Part shown: piece by piece, positions 1-14,586 of the stretch
How positions within the stretch are numbered: position 1 is the stretch's first letter
Layout of the letters: each line of letters begins with the position of its first letter
From: Chrysomallon squamiferum
Taxonomy: Eukaryota; Animalia; Mollusca
DNA length: 64,000 nucleotides
Direction of reading: 5' to 3'
Assembly: GCA_012295275.1 (NCBI GenBank)
Contig: CM022669.1
Span: 434,001-498,000 of the forward strand
The notes under the pieces: generated by a model
Seen by the model: the letters and a program-made list of their open reading frames with translations, nothing else
The model's database searches: none
What the model was told of the DNA's origin: nothing
Program-made: the position numbers and the translations under genes

Positions 1-89
1 TTTTAACACCTCACTGTTAAAACAAGTCTGTCGGTTGTTAATAAGTTTTATAACTCATCGTGTTTGACATTAATTATATATATATACAA

Positions 90-975
90 CACTGACGTTA
101 AATATATACATAATAACACTGACATGTTAAATACATACATAATAAAACTGACATATTAATTATATACAACACTGACATATTAAATACATACATAACAAAA
201 CTCACATATTAAATACATACATAATAACACTGACATATTAAATACACACATAATAACACTGACATATTAAATACATACATAATAACACTGACATATTAAA
301 TACATACATAATAACACTGACATGTTAAATACATACATAATAACACTGACATATTAATTATATACAACACTGACATGTTAAATACATACATAATAACACT
401 GACATATTAATTATATACAACACTGACATGTTAAATACATACATAATAACACTGACATATTAAATACATACATAATAAAACTGACATGTTAAATACATAC
501 ATAACAAAACTGACATATTAATTATATACATAATAACACTGACATATTAAATACATACATAACAAAACTGACATGTTAAATGCATACATAACAAAACTGA
601 CATATTAATTATATACATAATAAAACTGACCATATTAATTAAATACATAATAAAACTGACATATTAATTATATACATAATAAAACTGACATATTAATTAT
701 ATACATAACAAAACTGACATATTAATTATATACATAATAAAACTGACATATTAATTATATACAACACTGACATGTTAAATACATACATAATAAAACTGAC
801 ATATTAATTATATACAACACTGACATGTTAAATACATACATAATAACACTGACATATTAATTATATACAACACTGACATGTTAAATACATACATAATAAC
901 TGACATACTAATTATATACAACACTGACATGTTAAATACATACATAACAAAACTGACATATTAAATATAGACAAA
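90..975. repeat. AT-rich minisatellite, variable 24-29 bp units
   Basis: Repeated core CTGACAT(A/G)TTAA followed by either ATACATACATAATAACA or TTATATACAACA; roughly 30 interleaved copies. Confidence 0.9.
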
Positions 976-1171
976 ACTTTGACGTGACTAATAGAGGTGA
1001 TGCACAACCTCCCATTTTGCCTACAGCTAATTTGATCAAATATGACTCATAACTACCACTAATACTAATACTACTTGGAACTACTACTATAATAATTATA
1101 GTTACTTGTAATATGTAAAGTTGTAATAATAATGATAGTAGTTGCAGTAAAGGTATTATTATTATTATTAT

Positions 1172-1206
<35 letters not shown>

Positions 1207-1756
1207 TATAAAGTAAAAATAACAAGAAAAAAACATTTAAGCAAAAATGAATATCGTTCTAGAAGAGTGTTTTACTAGTATTGAGACTGATACGTGTTTT
1301 TGTTCAGGTTAATTAAGTGTAGTTCAGAAGTTGTGTCAATCAGGGCGGACTATTCAAGACATTCAAATGTTTCTTCGAGTTCACGTGACTTTTGAAATGT
1401 GATAGGTGTTTCTTCACAGCTGTGTACATCACAAAACAAAGCGATGGATGAACGGACAGCTAGCTGTATGAGACAGACAACAAATGAGATGAAGAAAGAA
1501 AGAAGATAGGGAAATGTATCTAGTAAAACAGCGTTTGTGGTTCAGATATAAATATTGATTTACAAATGTGTTTACTGTTGTTTGCGTATGTGTCAGACAC
1601 GTGTGTATGAATATATGTGTGTATGCATATTATAGTGTGTGTATTCGTGTGTTTGTGTATGTATGTATGTATGTATGTATATATGTATGTATGTATCTGT
1701 ATTATGGTATATGTGTGTATATGTATGTGTGTGTGTATATTTGTTTGTGTGTGTGG

Positions 1757-1797
<41 letters not shown>

Positions 1798-2930
1798 ATT
1801 TTAACGGGTTGAAGTAACGTAATACATATCCTAAAATAATAAAGGTTTGAAATTTATAAAGTAAATATTATATTCAAAATGGACGTTGTGCAACCTGATC
1901 CAGGTCAATGTGTATACAATGAATACAAAACCTAAATCCAAACTGACAATAAAACTGAAATATGGACCGAAAATGTTCATTTGAAGATGAATATTCCTTT
2001 TCAAAATTTCCACCGGCACCGATTTATCTTCTGAACACTAGCAGTTCATAATCATTTCTTGTTCTTTACCAGCTCAGGCTGCCTTTCTATTCTGGGATTT
2101 TTTTTTTTTTTTTATAGGTGCGTTCTGCGTACGTGCGTACTGCGTGCGTCTGTGTTGGTGTAATAACAGTTAATTCTTTAGCTAATTAAGTAAAATATAG
2201 TTGTGTTCCGTTTTCAGTATTGATGAAGAATTCAATATTGACATCTGACTTTTTATACTGACCTCATTCAGTTCACTCTGTAATACATTAACCCAGATTA
2301 GAAGCGATTTAAGCCAACATGATAAAAAATTAAAACGAAAGCTATGAACAAACAGCAGAGATACGTTTCAGCGTGAAGAGATGTTATTACTGACAATCAC
2401 AGAATCCACGCGGGTGTTAATGTCCATCACCGGCTTGTTAGACTGATTGATATTGTCTCTTACGTTATTCAAACAGAAAGAAAGACAAAAATGGGCAGTG
2501 GAATAAAATGGAAAGAATAAAAGAATACAAAAAGACGGTGGTATTAAATCAAAAGAGAAAGAATGAACAAAGTAGGATCAAAAATAAAAATAAATACCAG
2601 TTGTTCAGAACTAAACATTTTTTTTTAGGCAACTATTTCTGATTTATTTGATTTTTTTCTCTTTTAACCACCTTATCTGACCATCATATCAGAACACGAC
2701 ACCGCAAACACTTCGAGGTATCGAGAATTTGTTATCGTATTTTTCGAGTAAATAAAGACTTAATTAACAATTAATTGCTTTATGTTTCCCCAGGATAAAA
2801 ATAATTTTATCGATTCTTATTTTTATCATTTTGTTTACTTACTCTTCTTAACCAGCATTTATTTTTGTTATAAAAACGATTTTAAATTTGAAATTAATAA
2901 CATACTTCCAGTTCTTTTACTTGAAACGTT

Positions 2931-2931
<1 letters not shown>

Positions 2932-3012
<81 letters not shown>
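2932..3012. repeat. (CT)n microsatellite
   Basis: Pure CT run followed by a CA-rich tract; explains the SLSLSL ORFs. Confidence 0.95.
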
Positions 3013-3014
<2 letters not shown>

Positions 3015-4021
3015 CCAACCCATACATACCTATACGCATTCATGCTTCACTCTATCAAACACACACACACACAAACACACACACAAACACACGCACACAC
3101 ACACACACACACACGCTCACATTATAATGCTCTACAGCTATACGCAGACACATACATACACAGACACACACATATACGCACACATGGTACATGCTATAAT
3201 TAATGATTCTGTAATACAATCGACAAAGCAAACAATAAATAACATTGTGCAAACGCTTGTGTAACTAGGCAACGCAAAACATACCCAACCAGTACTGTTT
3301 ACCACACAAAACCCCCACAGATAATGAATAACAAAATATCAATATGCCAAAGTCAAGTATAACACAAAGATTTAAAAACGAAAAGCAGAAGAGCAGAAAA
3401 GAATCAATATAAATATATGTGTGTGTGTATATACGTGTATGTGTATATGTGTTTGTGTATGTATGTGTATGTGTGTGTGTATGTATATATATATATATAT
3501 ATATATGTTTGTATGTATGTGTGTATGTATTATGTAAATGTGTGTGTGAGTGTATATATCATTAAGAATTAAAATTAATACCTTTTAGAAAATTATCACT
3601 CACTCTAGTAAATTATGTACAAGTTTCACGTATTAATCAGAACTGAATTTAATTTAGAAAGATTTAGTTTAGGCTTCAGGACAGAGAACTGGACAGACAA
3701 GAAACAGGACAAACACGTTTCGTACTGAATGATTTCTGTGTTTGTTAAATCAAATACAAGACTCGTACCTCATCATTTCCACTTCACAAACTCCTATTCG
3801 TTAAGAGATGTCAGGAACTATGTGTAATAACACATTTGCTTCTAGTAAATTATATAAAATATTCTAGGTGTTGACAAAGAGAAACGTTCGCCAGAAGAAA
3901 ATGATTCTTACTGAAGATGTTTTGCAGTATGTTCCCAAAACTGGCATTCTCCAGATTAGGTAGTCGGTGAGGTGTTGTAATCCGTTTCCAGAAATGGGAA
4001 AACAGGCGTCAGCAATTAAGG

Positions 4022-4290
4022 CCAATTTAGACGCATGGGGATAACGAGATGTGTGAAGAACAGAGATTAACCTTAATGAGCAGTGAAGTAGAAATAGAGA
4101 TAGCAAGACAAATTAATGTTTGGAGACACGAAATTAATGTTATATCTAAGTAAAATTTGGAGACAGGAAATACTTCCAATTTAGACGTATGGGGTTAACG
4201 AGAACAATTAAGAGATGTATGAAGAGGGTAGCCAGAGTAGAGAGAGGCTGCAAGGAAATTAATGTTATAACGTAAGATTTGGAGACCTAT
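4022..4290. repeat. Diverged ~150-bp tandem duplication
   Basis: CCAATTTAGACG(C/T)ATGGGG...GCAAG...AAATTAATGTT...TTTGGAGAC occurs from ~4022 and again from ~4176. Confidence 0.6.
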
Positions 4291-5363
4291 ATAAATACTA
4301 CACAGTCATGATGATTGTAATGTTTGATCGTAATTAATTCCCTTTGTTATTGCTTTGATCACCCATCAATGGTCAACCGTCAATGACGATTAATCGTCAG
4401 TGGTACCGGGAACATCAGCTAAGGTGATGGGCCATCAATTAAGGTGACGGAACACCAATTAGTAAGGGTGAGCAATAAACTGACAGAAATGGAACAACTG
4501 GCGTGTCCAGTTAAGATGTGTTATAATCTCACTGCCAGAATCGGGACTAAACCGTTTTTGCCATTCAAAGGACCTTCACCAAAATATTTCTGTATATTAT
4601 AGAAACTGCTAAAAACAAATATTATAAATGTATGTCATATGTCAGTATATATATATATTGACAAACCTCTTTGCAAATTCAAGAATAAACACAGACACAC
4701 ACACACACACACATCCATACACAGCCACACCCAACACAAACACCCATACTCCTCCCTACACAAACACACATACATACAAACATACTTTAGATGATTTCAT
4801 TTTTTTCTTTCTTTATTTATTTGTATTTACTTACTTTCTTCTTTATTATTGTTTCTATTTTTTTTTTGTGGGGGAAAATATTTATATATTTTCTCCGTTA
4901 CTGTTTTTGTTTTGTACATATAATTTTTTATTTGTTACTTTGTTACAACAAGAGAAAGCTATAAATGGTTATCCTCTAATAATAATAATAATGATGATGA
5001 TGATGATGACAATTATGATGATTATGATGAAATCAAAATAATTATGATGATGATGATAATATACCATTAAATAAAAGTTATTATGACATTAATGACATCA
5101 ATAACAAAAAAAATCAGATGATTTCTTATACTAATTGAGGCGATTTATTATTATTTTATTTTTTCCCTTTTTTTCTTTAGTTAATTTGTTCTTTTCTTAG
5201 TAAATGATTTTATAATATGTTATTCAGCTCAGGATAACGTAGTCGACGAAAGATTTAATTTCCATTTCTGAAAAAAAACATATTCCTGACTACACATCAA
5301 TAAAAGCTTTCACGAACTGTTTATTAAAATATATTAAAGATTTGAGTTGCTAGGTTTCCCCCA

Positions 5364-5598
5364 AAAGAAAATGGGTATGTATAAAGAAGATGGGTATGTA
5401 TAAAGAAGGTGGGTGTGTACAAAGAAGGTGGGTATGTATAAAAAAGGTGGGTGTGTACAAAGAAGGTGGGTGTGTACAAAGAAGGTGGGTATGTATAAAA
5501 AAGGTGGGTGTGTACAAAGAAGGTGGGTATGTATAAAAGAAGGTGGGTGTGTACAAAGAAGGTGGGTGTGTATAAAAAAAGGTGGGTGTGTACAAAGA
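5364..5598. repeat. 19-bp G-rich minisatellite
   Basis: About 12 copies of AAAGAAGGTGGGT(G/A)TGTA(C/T). Confidence 0.9.
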
Positions 5599-6763
5599 TG
5601 CCTGCCTAAAAAAAGTAGTTTAAAACGGTGGGTAGATGGGATGGAACTGTATACACAAGATGCCTGCCTAAGTTTAAGTGAATGTATTTTTATTAGACTG
5701 AATATAATGTTAACATGAAAAAGGAAACTATATTACAATAAATACAAAAAGTAAAGAAAGAAAGAAACATATGACTACAAATATTTAAGAACATTTGTTT
5801 TATACCAACAAAGAAATACAAATAGAAAATTTTAAAAAGTAAATTAATAATAACTGTATTAACCAGCTGATATAATCGATAATTTACATTAGAGTTGAAA
5901 ATGGACGACGTTTGATGTCGTGATCGATATTAATCTTGGTAAGTACGAGCAACAAACTTCTTCACAGCAGCTCTTCTTACGCCAGTTCATCGATTAGTTT
6001 ATTTCAAGAATAATTTTTCATAAATTCAAAATTTTTTGACTTCAAACTGAAAGACAATGTTTTAATGTGACATTCGATAGTCTGTGTGTCTACGTAATGC
6101 CTGCCACTAGTCACACACTCAAAGTAGCAGATTCTTAGACTCGTAACCACTCCTCGCTGTTTTCTTCTGAAGCTGAGATTTCAAAAATGTTTTTTGGAAA
6201 TTGTTGTTTTGCGTGCTTTTTTTTTAAAGTGTCTATCTATATATACGCTTGTGTATGTGTATGTGTAAATGTATGTGCGTGCATGTATGTTTGTAAACAC
6301 GACAATGAATTACATTTAGTGTATTTACGATGTTTTTGTCTGAACACTTTTTACCCGGTTATTTTAGAAAACATACATGAGGTAAAAATAATTAATTCCT
6401 TCAAAGAAAGATGCAGTTAGCAATTCTCACAAGACAATTAGTTTTTGTTTCTTTGTTAATTTGTTGCTTTTTGTTTGTTTTGTTTCGGTTTTGGGGGATT
6501 TTTTAAATGACATAAAAGGAAAAAAGTTTATTTTTATTATATATTCAATTGATACTCGTATATCTCTATTCATCTCTATGTGTCTTTCTATTTATGAGTA
6601 TGTACGCATACGTGTGTGTGTGTTTGTGTGTGTGTGCATATATATATATATATATAAGTATGTATATGTATGTATGTATGTATTAAAGAATATCATTTAT
6701 GGGTTTTTGTTCTTTTACCAATAAACCAGTATATATATAAGTACGTATATGTATGTATGTTTG

Positions 6764-6770
<7 letters not shown>

Positions 6771-6799
<29 letters not shown>

Positions 6800-6855
6800 T
6801 GTATGTATGTATGTATGTATGTATGTATGTATGTATGTATGTATGTATGTATGTA
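6771..6855. repeat. (TATG)n microsatellite
   Basis: Pure tetranucleotide run. Confidence 0.95.
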
Positions 6856-7175
6856 TTAAACCAGTGGATTTAATTTATTATGTTTCTCACGGAACATACT
6901 AATTCAGATAAACAAAAGATAGGGGGGAGGGCGGGTCAACAAGCTTGTAATAAACAATAAAACAGAACCAGAACAGAAATCCGGACATGCATTAAGCGGT
7001 TAATGCTTTGGACACAGTGTCCACTCTACAGGGGGTCCGTGTACTGCAGGATCATCAGCGGTCAGTGCAGAGAACAATGGCAGCCAATAATTCACTTGTC
7101 AGAATAAACAATTAATTTTTGACGAATATCTTAGAAAGATTAAATTTTATCGCTCTGATGTGAAGAACGTGTTTG

Positions 7176-7197
7176 TATAAAAAGGAAAAGTGACTCA
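7176..7197 (+). promoter_or_regulatory. TATA box and AP-1-like site of the Spaetzle-like gene
   Basis: TATAAAA at 7176-7182 and TGACTCA at 7191-7197; the TATA box lies ~50 nt upstream of ATG 7228. Confidence 0.6.
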
Positions 7198-7227
7198 GAA
7201 CACAGAAGAACAGAACATTGTTGAATT

Positions 7228-8913
7228 ATGAAGGTAAGTGAAAGTAATTTTAAAATTTGGTTGAATTTGCAGATCTTTACTTAATATCAATTTAATCATA
7301 ACTCCATGTTTAGATTCACATGAATAGATCTGTTTTTAATGTAAGATTATTAACAAATACACAAGTGTTCAAACGCAATTAAATTAGTAGTAGTAGTAGT
7401 ATTTATAGTGTAGTCGTGGTAGCAATAGTACTACTAGTAAAAGCACTAATAATAGCAGTAGTAGTGGTTGTTGTAATAGTAATACTACTAGTAGCAAAAC
7501 TAATTAATTTGTTTCCAACATTGAAGATTGTTATCATCTTCTGTAGTTTTAGTATTAGTAATAGTAATAGTAGTATTATTACTAGTTTCAATAGTAATAA
7601 CAGTAGCAGAAGCGACTAGTTTTTGTTATGGTAGTTATTGTAATACTTATATAAAAGCATTAGTATAATTAGATTATAAGAAAAGGAGCAACATTAGAAA
7701 CTGTTTTGATTGTCTGTTTGTTTTTAATATCCCTCAGCTTTGTACAATTATCTGGAGTTGTCTTCTCCTTATTGACGTGCTGGTGGTAGAGGGCACGGAC
7801 AAAACTCCGCCCAAATCCGCATTTTTTGGCCAGTCCTTTAACTCTGGTTACAACACCGGCTTCAGTGGAGGACTGAACATGGGTTACGGCAACAACAACA
7901 ACAACAACAACAACAACTTCCACAGAGGCGGTAACAACTTTAACCAGCGACCAAACACTGGGTACGGGATGGGACAAGGAAATCAAGTCTTCTGTCCAAA
8001 CCAAACCTTCTACGACGATCAGTTCATGTTGTCAGGCGTTGCCATTGGTTACCCCGTGTAAGTACAAACTAACTGTCTGTCCAGTACGACTGAATGTTAA
8101 AGAACTGCCTCTCAAATGTTAAAGAACTGAGATATATCAGCTTTCCAGACTTGTTCTGAAAACCGATGAATAAGAAATTACCATTTTTTCTTCTCATTAA
8201 CTTCACGTATTCTCTCTATTCCTCACTTCTTTCTCTTTTTTTATACTCTCCTTCACTCATTATCTCATTTGCCTCATTTATATTTTTTCTCTCTCATGCC
8301 TCTTGCCCTCAGACATATTCACACGCACATACACACAAGTGCACACAACTCGTAACTCACATACGAACAGATATTTACACATATAGATACGGTTTCCAGA
8401 ACACATACATACATATGCACATACTTACACATACAGATACACACATAAAAATACCCACATAATCACATTCACACAACAATCACATTCACACAATCACACA
8501 CGTGAACATTCACATTAAACACTTGCATTCACCGACACTTAAGTGCTTTAAGCATGCAGCAGTCAGCAAGTTTTAATATTTAAACATGGATTGTCCATTA
8601 CAATGACGATATCTGCCTCGGATGACCAAAGCTTTATCTTTAAATAAACCCATTAACAGTGTCGAGAAATGAAATGTTTCCAGTCGGTCAACCGATCTGT
8701 ATTCACGGTTACATTTCACCCGTGTTCCCTCGCTGTTGTCCATTACTGCAAGCAGGATGAAATTACTTTTCCATTACAATCAGGCTGTGCAGAAATTATC
8801 TTTTAAACCCTTTTTTCTTCTTCTTCTCTTTTCTTTGCACTGGCTTATTTGCTTGCTTGTGTTTATACATTGTTTTTCTTTCTTTCTTTTTGTTTCTTCC
8901 ATTTTTTTTCTTG

Positions 8914-8965
<52 letters not shown>

Positions 8966-10807
8966 TGTAATTAGTTTTTGTTTTTTTGGCTACAGGTTCA
9001 GTCGGTTCATTATCGACAAATTTGCGGTTCGTCTTAATAGACAATTTTCACTTGCTTGAAACACTAAATTATCAATAAGTATTTTAGTCTATGATTAGTG
9101 ACATAATGTTTGTTAATAGAGTCACTCATTTAGCAGTTTACGAAACTACGGCTTTATTTTTCTTCTCATATTAGTAAACTATTCGTACGAAATAGTCGTA
9201 GAAAACAGTAATTTGTGTTTCTCATTCAGTTACAAAATTAGCTGTCAACTTGTCTGTGAACACTTTCATGGTTTGAACTAGTAACCCAGGGTTGTCACTG
9301 AAATATGATCAGTGACAGTGGTTTTCTAATGTTATTATTCGTCGTATCTTAAACACATTATTTTTTGGTATGATTTTTCAAGAGTTTACATACGAACACT
9401 GCTAGACAAAAAGTAAAACGGTATAAATACTAATTATTATCTATATCTGCATTTTTTGCGTAAATTTTATTATTATTATTATTATCCTCATCATCATCAT
9501 CATCATTGCTGTTGTTGTTAAAAGAAAATGTTTATTTTAGTTCACTAAGGAACATCACATGGTTTTTAACTAGATAAAACTGATAAAACAAAGATTACGG
9601 TGAACTAAGTGTTGTATTTTCAGACAAGCTATTACTCTGGACTAACTGTGTTGTATTTTCAGACAAGCTATTACCACGGAGCTGGTGAACAGACCACAAC
9701 TCGCCGCCTGCTTGAGTCGATCCGCCACTCTCGACACAGCGCCACAGGTTCCTGCCATCGACCCCAAGTAATTCACCTTTTCTGTCTTTAAACGAAACCA
9801 ACGAAAAACAGCTTGCAGTGAGCGAGCACATCGCTGTCTGATCTGTACCAGGTTCCAGTTCACGCTAACAGAACCAACCTGGGGTGGGGGGTGAAGCATT
9901 TACAGTTCGAAAGCTAAGAACCTTAAAATATTTAAAATTTTGGAAAGCGATATATGTCGATATGTCTCTGTAATGTAAAAGTTACGCGCAGTGTTAATCA
10001 CAAATGTGAAAGAAACAAAGGTGATAAACAAACTAAAGTTGGTAAAAAAAAAATAATAAACAGACACCCCAGTCATATCCCTTCCACGTCATAATCATTA
10101 AAGTGTCTTTTGTAAAATCAATTCTCTTTTAATTATCCGTTTTTATCGGACTATTAATACTTTCATAAATTATTAAAAATTAATTAATTACGGGATCGAT
10201 ATGAATGAATGTTTATTGTCAGTCACGTGTCTTAAACTAAGCGACATTTAATGACAGACATATCCATCTGAAAATAGTTTTATGTATCTGAGAGAAATCT
10301 GTATGTGAACATAATTATTTGTTTGTGTAAACAAATATCGGTTCATTTTCTTGCATACTTGCATAAATAAATAAATAAATAAATAAAGTGTAATATTTGT
10401 GGAAAACTGCAGACATTAATTTGAGATTGTTCTGTACAGTACTGTGCAAACATAATTAAAGAAAATCATAAAAACAAGATTCACCATTTATAATATTTCA
10501 AGAAATTGTTATAGAGAAATACGCACGTGCTTCGCTATACGTACTGGCTTCCCCGGTATCGAGGAAATCTCGCGAGAAAAGACGATACGGATTCGGTACG
10601 TGAAAGTTACGTCTTTGCTAAACCACTGTTATTTGTGTATTAAAATACTGACTGTGTTTGTTTCAGTCTGGGACACGTCAAGGAAACGTGCCCAAACGTC
10701 GTGTCACGTCTCTACAGCTACGTCGCCGGCGGAGGCCTCACAGGCAGATGCTGGGTTCTGCAGAATTTCCAAGAACCAACTAATTTCGTCGTCTGTTTGT
10801 AAGTAAC

Positions 10808-10894
<87 letters not shown>

Positions 10895-11309
10895 GGTATT
10901 GGTCTGTTCTACTTTTTCTTCATCAACTTGTTGATGTTGTTGTTATTCTTCTGCTTCTTCTTCTTTTTATTCTTGTCTATTGCATATTTCCTGTTTCGTT
11001 TTTAAATCTTTTGATTTAGAAATCTTTTTATTTCTAAGCGCGTCTGTCTTTCACTTGTTGTTGTCGTTGTTGCTGCTGCTGAATTTGAAATCTTGTTTTC
11101 CCCACAGAACACATTTCTGCAAACGATGTAGTAACACAAACCACTTCAACAACAACGTCCAGAGTCGCTGCATCAAGACGTACCGCTACGTCGGCGTCTA
11201 CGCCTACTGCGAGAACCTTGCCGTCAACAGCAGGATCGTCTACCAGCGCATCATCATCCCCGACCACTGCAGCTGCAAGTCTGTCTACTGCTACCCCAAC
11301 TGGCACTGA
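7228..11309 (+). CDS. Secreted Spaetzle/neurotrophin-like cystine-knot protein with Gly/Asn-rich N-terminal region (254 aa, 5 exons)
   Basis: Exons 7228-7233, 7738-8057, 9663-9767, 10667-10798, 11108-11309; all GT-AG with consistent phases (0,2,2,2); 765 nt. Signal peptide MKLCTIIWSCLLLIDVLVVEG, then a G/N/F/Y-rich segment, a C..YP pro-region and the domain TCPNVVSRLY..GRCWVLQNFQEPTNFVVCLTHFCKRC..SRCIKTYRYVGVYAYC..RIIIPDHCSC, whose Cys spacing and terminal P-x-x-C-x-C match Spaetzle-type knots. Confidence 0.85.
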
Positions 11310-11455
11310 GCAGTCGACTCGGCGTCCTGCTCACGTGACGTGACCAGCTGTGATGTTATTTTCACTAGATGCGTTTTTCATTACATTGTGTGTATGTATG
11401 TCTGTAACAGTTTAGTTTTAAATGAGTAGAATAGATTAGCTTTTCGAAATGATAA

Positions 11456-11518
<63 letters not shown>

Positions 11519-12514
11519 GAAAACAGTAATTAAATTTAATCGGTTGGAATTGAACAGAAGTCGTTTTCTTCCATTCAGATCTTTCCCATAATAATTTTAA
11601 AAACTCAGCATAAACAATGAAATTTAAAGTTAATGTTTTTCGAAAAATATGGAATTTCCTGAAAATAAATAAATAAATAAATAAATAAATGTGTAAATTA
11701 ATTTGTTTATTTTGTACTATAGAAATATTTATACTGAAGATAAAGTTCTAAAAAAGAAAAGAAAAACTGTATTTTACACACTGTGCCTTACTTGTACACG
11801 TATTTGTGTTTTGAAAACTTAGTTTTCTTTTTAATATTCATTTTGTAATGTTTTTTTTTATACATAGTCAATAAATCTGTGACATATTTTGAATTGTTTA
11901 TTTTAAATATATTTACTTATTAGTTTATTTATTGTAAAAAAAAAAAATACTTAAGTTTTGTGGTAATGAAAATATCACGTGGACTATTGCTTGGTGATAC
12001 GTTAATCACAGAAGAGAGATTTATGGAAAACTGCATTTAAAACATGAAAAACAAACACAAAGAATACTTCGCTGTAGCTTGCTCTGACTAGCCTGTCAGT
12101 TTTCTTTTCAGTCAGCGACACAAAACAGACATCAGTAAAACCACAGATAAAAAATACATAAAAACAACAAAACCACATCGATATAATACAACACAAGATA
12201 ATAATAATAAACTAAACATAATAAATAAAAGCGTGTAACACAACACACATATCAGCCGTAGCAAAGATAGAGTTAATGTTTTAGCTGCTGTGGCAAATTG
12301 AACTCAAACACTTGTAGTCATATCTCTCTAAAGTTAGTCATATTTTGCAATGATTCAGATTTGTGTTCTTTTTCTTCTTTTTCTTTCGTCTTTTTTTCTT
12401 ATCTTTTTTCTTTTCTGTATATACATACATACACACACACACACTCATACACATACACACACACACATATATATATACACACACATATATACACACACAC
12501 ACATACATATACAT

Positions 12515-12549
<35 letters not shown>

Positions 12550-14501
12550 CACACACATACAAATAAATAAATAAAAATATAAAAATAAATTAAAAAATAC
12601 TTTATTTTTTATTTATTTTTATATTTTAATTTTTTTTTTTTTTTAATTTTTTACATTAGAAAATAGCTATTTGTGTCATATCAGACTTGTTGACTTCTGT
12701 TGAAAATCATCAATTAAAAATCAATATTTAATTAGTGGCGATGTCTCTCCTAGTCTAATTAACAGTTTTCACAAAATGTCAGCAGACGTCACAGTACATT
12801 TCTCCAACGTACTTTAACTAAATTATCTAAATTTACAACCTGATGTTCAAGCAAACGTGCTATCCTTTTCGTGGCCAAGTATTGCAGGTGTTAATAAAAA
12901 ATCTTTGTCAATATCATTACCAGCTGTTAGGACTCAGAGTAGAAATAATGATACGTTTCTGTTTAATAAACTGCGACTCCTAACTTTTAGTGTGGTTTTG
13001 ATGATTAATAAGAATATCAGTTTCATTAAAATCCTGTTGATAGATTTACCAAGTTAACCGATTTCTTTGTCACCTTTTCTTTTGGGACTTTTTTATAAAC
13101 AGAAGCGACTAAAGTACCACGTGATACGCCGTGTCACGTGATTTCTGTACCACGCGTGTACTATCAGTGATCTGTAACAGCTAAGCGCGCGGCACAGTAC
13201 ATATCACGAATGGAAGATAATCCAACGATTCTTTGTGATATTTATGATCATGATCATCTGCTATCATTCAGTTAAATATAAAATTGAAAAGAAAGCCATA
13301 AAGTAGCTTTTATTCGCCTCGTTTCGAAACTTTTCGCTGTTCATGTACCGCAAATTATTTGCCCCTTAAAGCGGCCACAGTACATATAACAAAAAAAAAA
13401 AAAAAAAACAACAATACGACATATTTTATGACTTGCCTCAATCGATAAAACAATTTGATTACTAGAAAGATATTCCCACTCTAAGAATCATAATGCCCAG
13501 GTTTTAAAAGAAACTGATTCTTTAAGAGTCAGAATGTGACTGCCTAAAGGCTGTTAGTTATTTTCGTCTCGTCTAGAAGTCGCCATCTGCATACAGCCGT
13601 AAAATAATACGTGAATAACAGGCAGGAAGAAAGAAAAACTATATCGCTTGCTAAATCAAATTACATCGACAAAAGAAAAAAAAAAGAAAGAAAAGAAATA
13701 ATCTATGAAAGAAAATATAAAATATGATCAAAGTCCTGTCATAACGCTGTTTGTGATAGATTTCAAATTAAATCTGAAAAATATTTCATTAGTACTTTGT
13801 GAGAAATCCCTTTGAAACAGATATGTAAAAGATAATGAGCAGATCCAAAACGAGTTTGATCACTTTCATCATATTTTGTCTTCAATGACGCGGATCTCAC
13901 GCGCTCTATTCCTGCCTCATAATAACACAGCTTAGTACAATACTTCTGAATCATCCACGTATGTGTATGTATGTATGCGTGTGTATATTGTGTATGTGCG
14001 TGTGTTTATACGTGCGTGTGAGTGTGTGTGTGCATTTATGTATGCGTGTGTATATTATGTATGTGCGTGTGTTTATGCGTTCGTTTGAGTGTGTGTGTGT
14101 GCATGTATTTATATTTCTGTTTCAGTATGTGGTATGTGTTTCTACGTCTTTGTGAGTTCAGGATGTCAGCACTGTGAATGGAAGTATGGAAGTGACGTGT
14201 TTGTGTATTCGGAAGGCTGTGATTGACAAATCTACACATGTAAGTTTGTTTTGACTTGCAGGCTTTTGTACAGAAGCGACAGCTGACGTCGCCTGCACCT
14301 AAGCAACAACACCGTCGATTATCTGACTAAAGCACAAGTATACGAAGCAACGCTAACAGTCTACAGACTGAAGTAGATATCTGCTTTATACTGCGAGAAG
14401 AATCAGCTCCACTCAATTAATAACAACGAGAATTGTCTGTTTGCTGCAGACTTTTTCTTCCTGCCAGCGTCTGAGGGTGGAATTTTCTGCAAAGGTGCAG
14501 T

Positions 14502-14503
<2 letters not shown>

Positions 14504-14583
<80 letters not shown>
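14504..14583. repeat. (CT)n microsatellite
   Basis: Pure dinucleotide run. Confidence 0.95.

Positions 14584-14586
<3 letters not shown>

Noticed and set aside
90-975. CRISPR-like appearance of repeated CTGACAT.TTAA cores
   Set aside because: The intervening sequences are themselves repeated variants rather than unique spacers; eukaryotic context, no cas genes.
5350-5718. Cys/Lys-rich ORF (KKGGCVQRRWVC)n and antisense (YTPTFF)n
   Set aside because: The 19-bp unit is not a multiple of 3; non-coding minisatellite.
1568-6873. Numerous 60-160 aa ORFs (CVCV, MYVC, SLSL, HTHT types) here and throughout the window
   Set aside because: Translations of microsatellites; no splice or motif support.
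14125-14335. Acceptor followed by Cys-rich reading CGMCFYVFVSSGCQHCEWKYGSDVFVYSEGCD*
   Set aside because: Stops in all frames, the apparent GT..AG gap is only 22 nt, no upstream exon and no SECIS; at best an unprovable relic.
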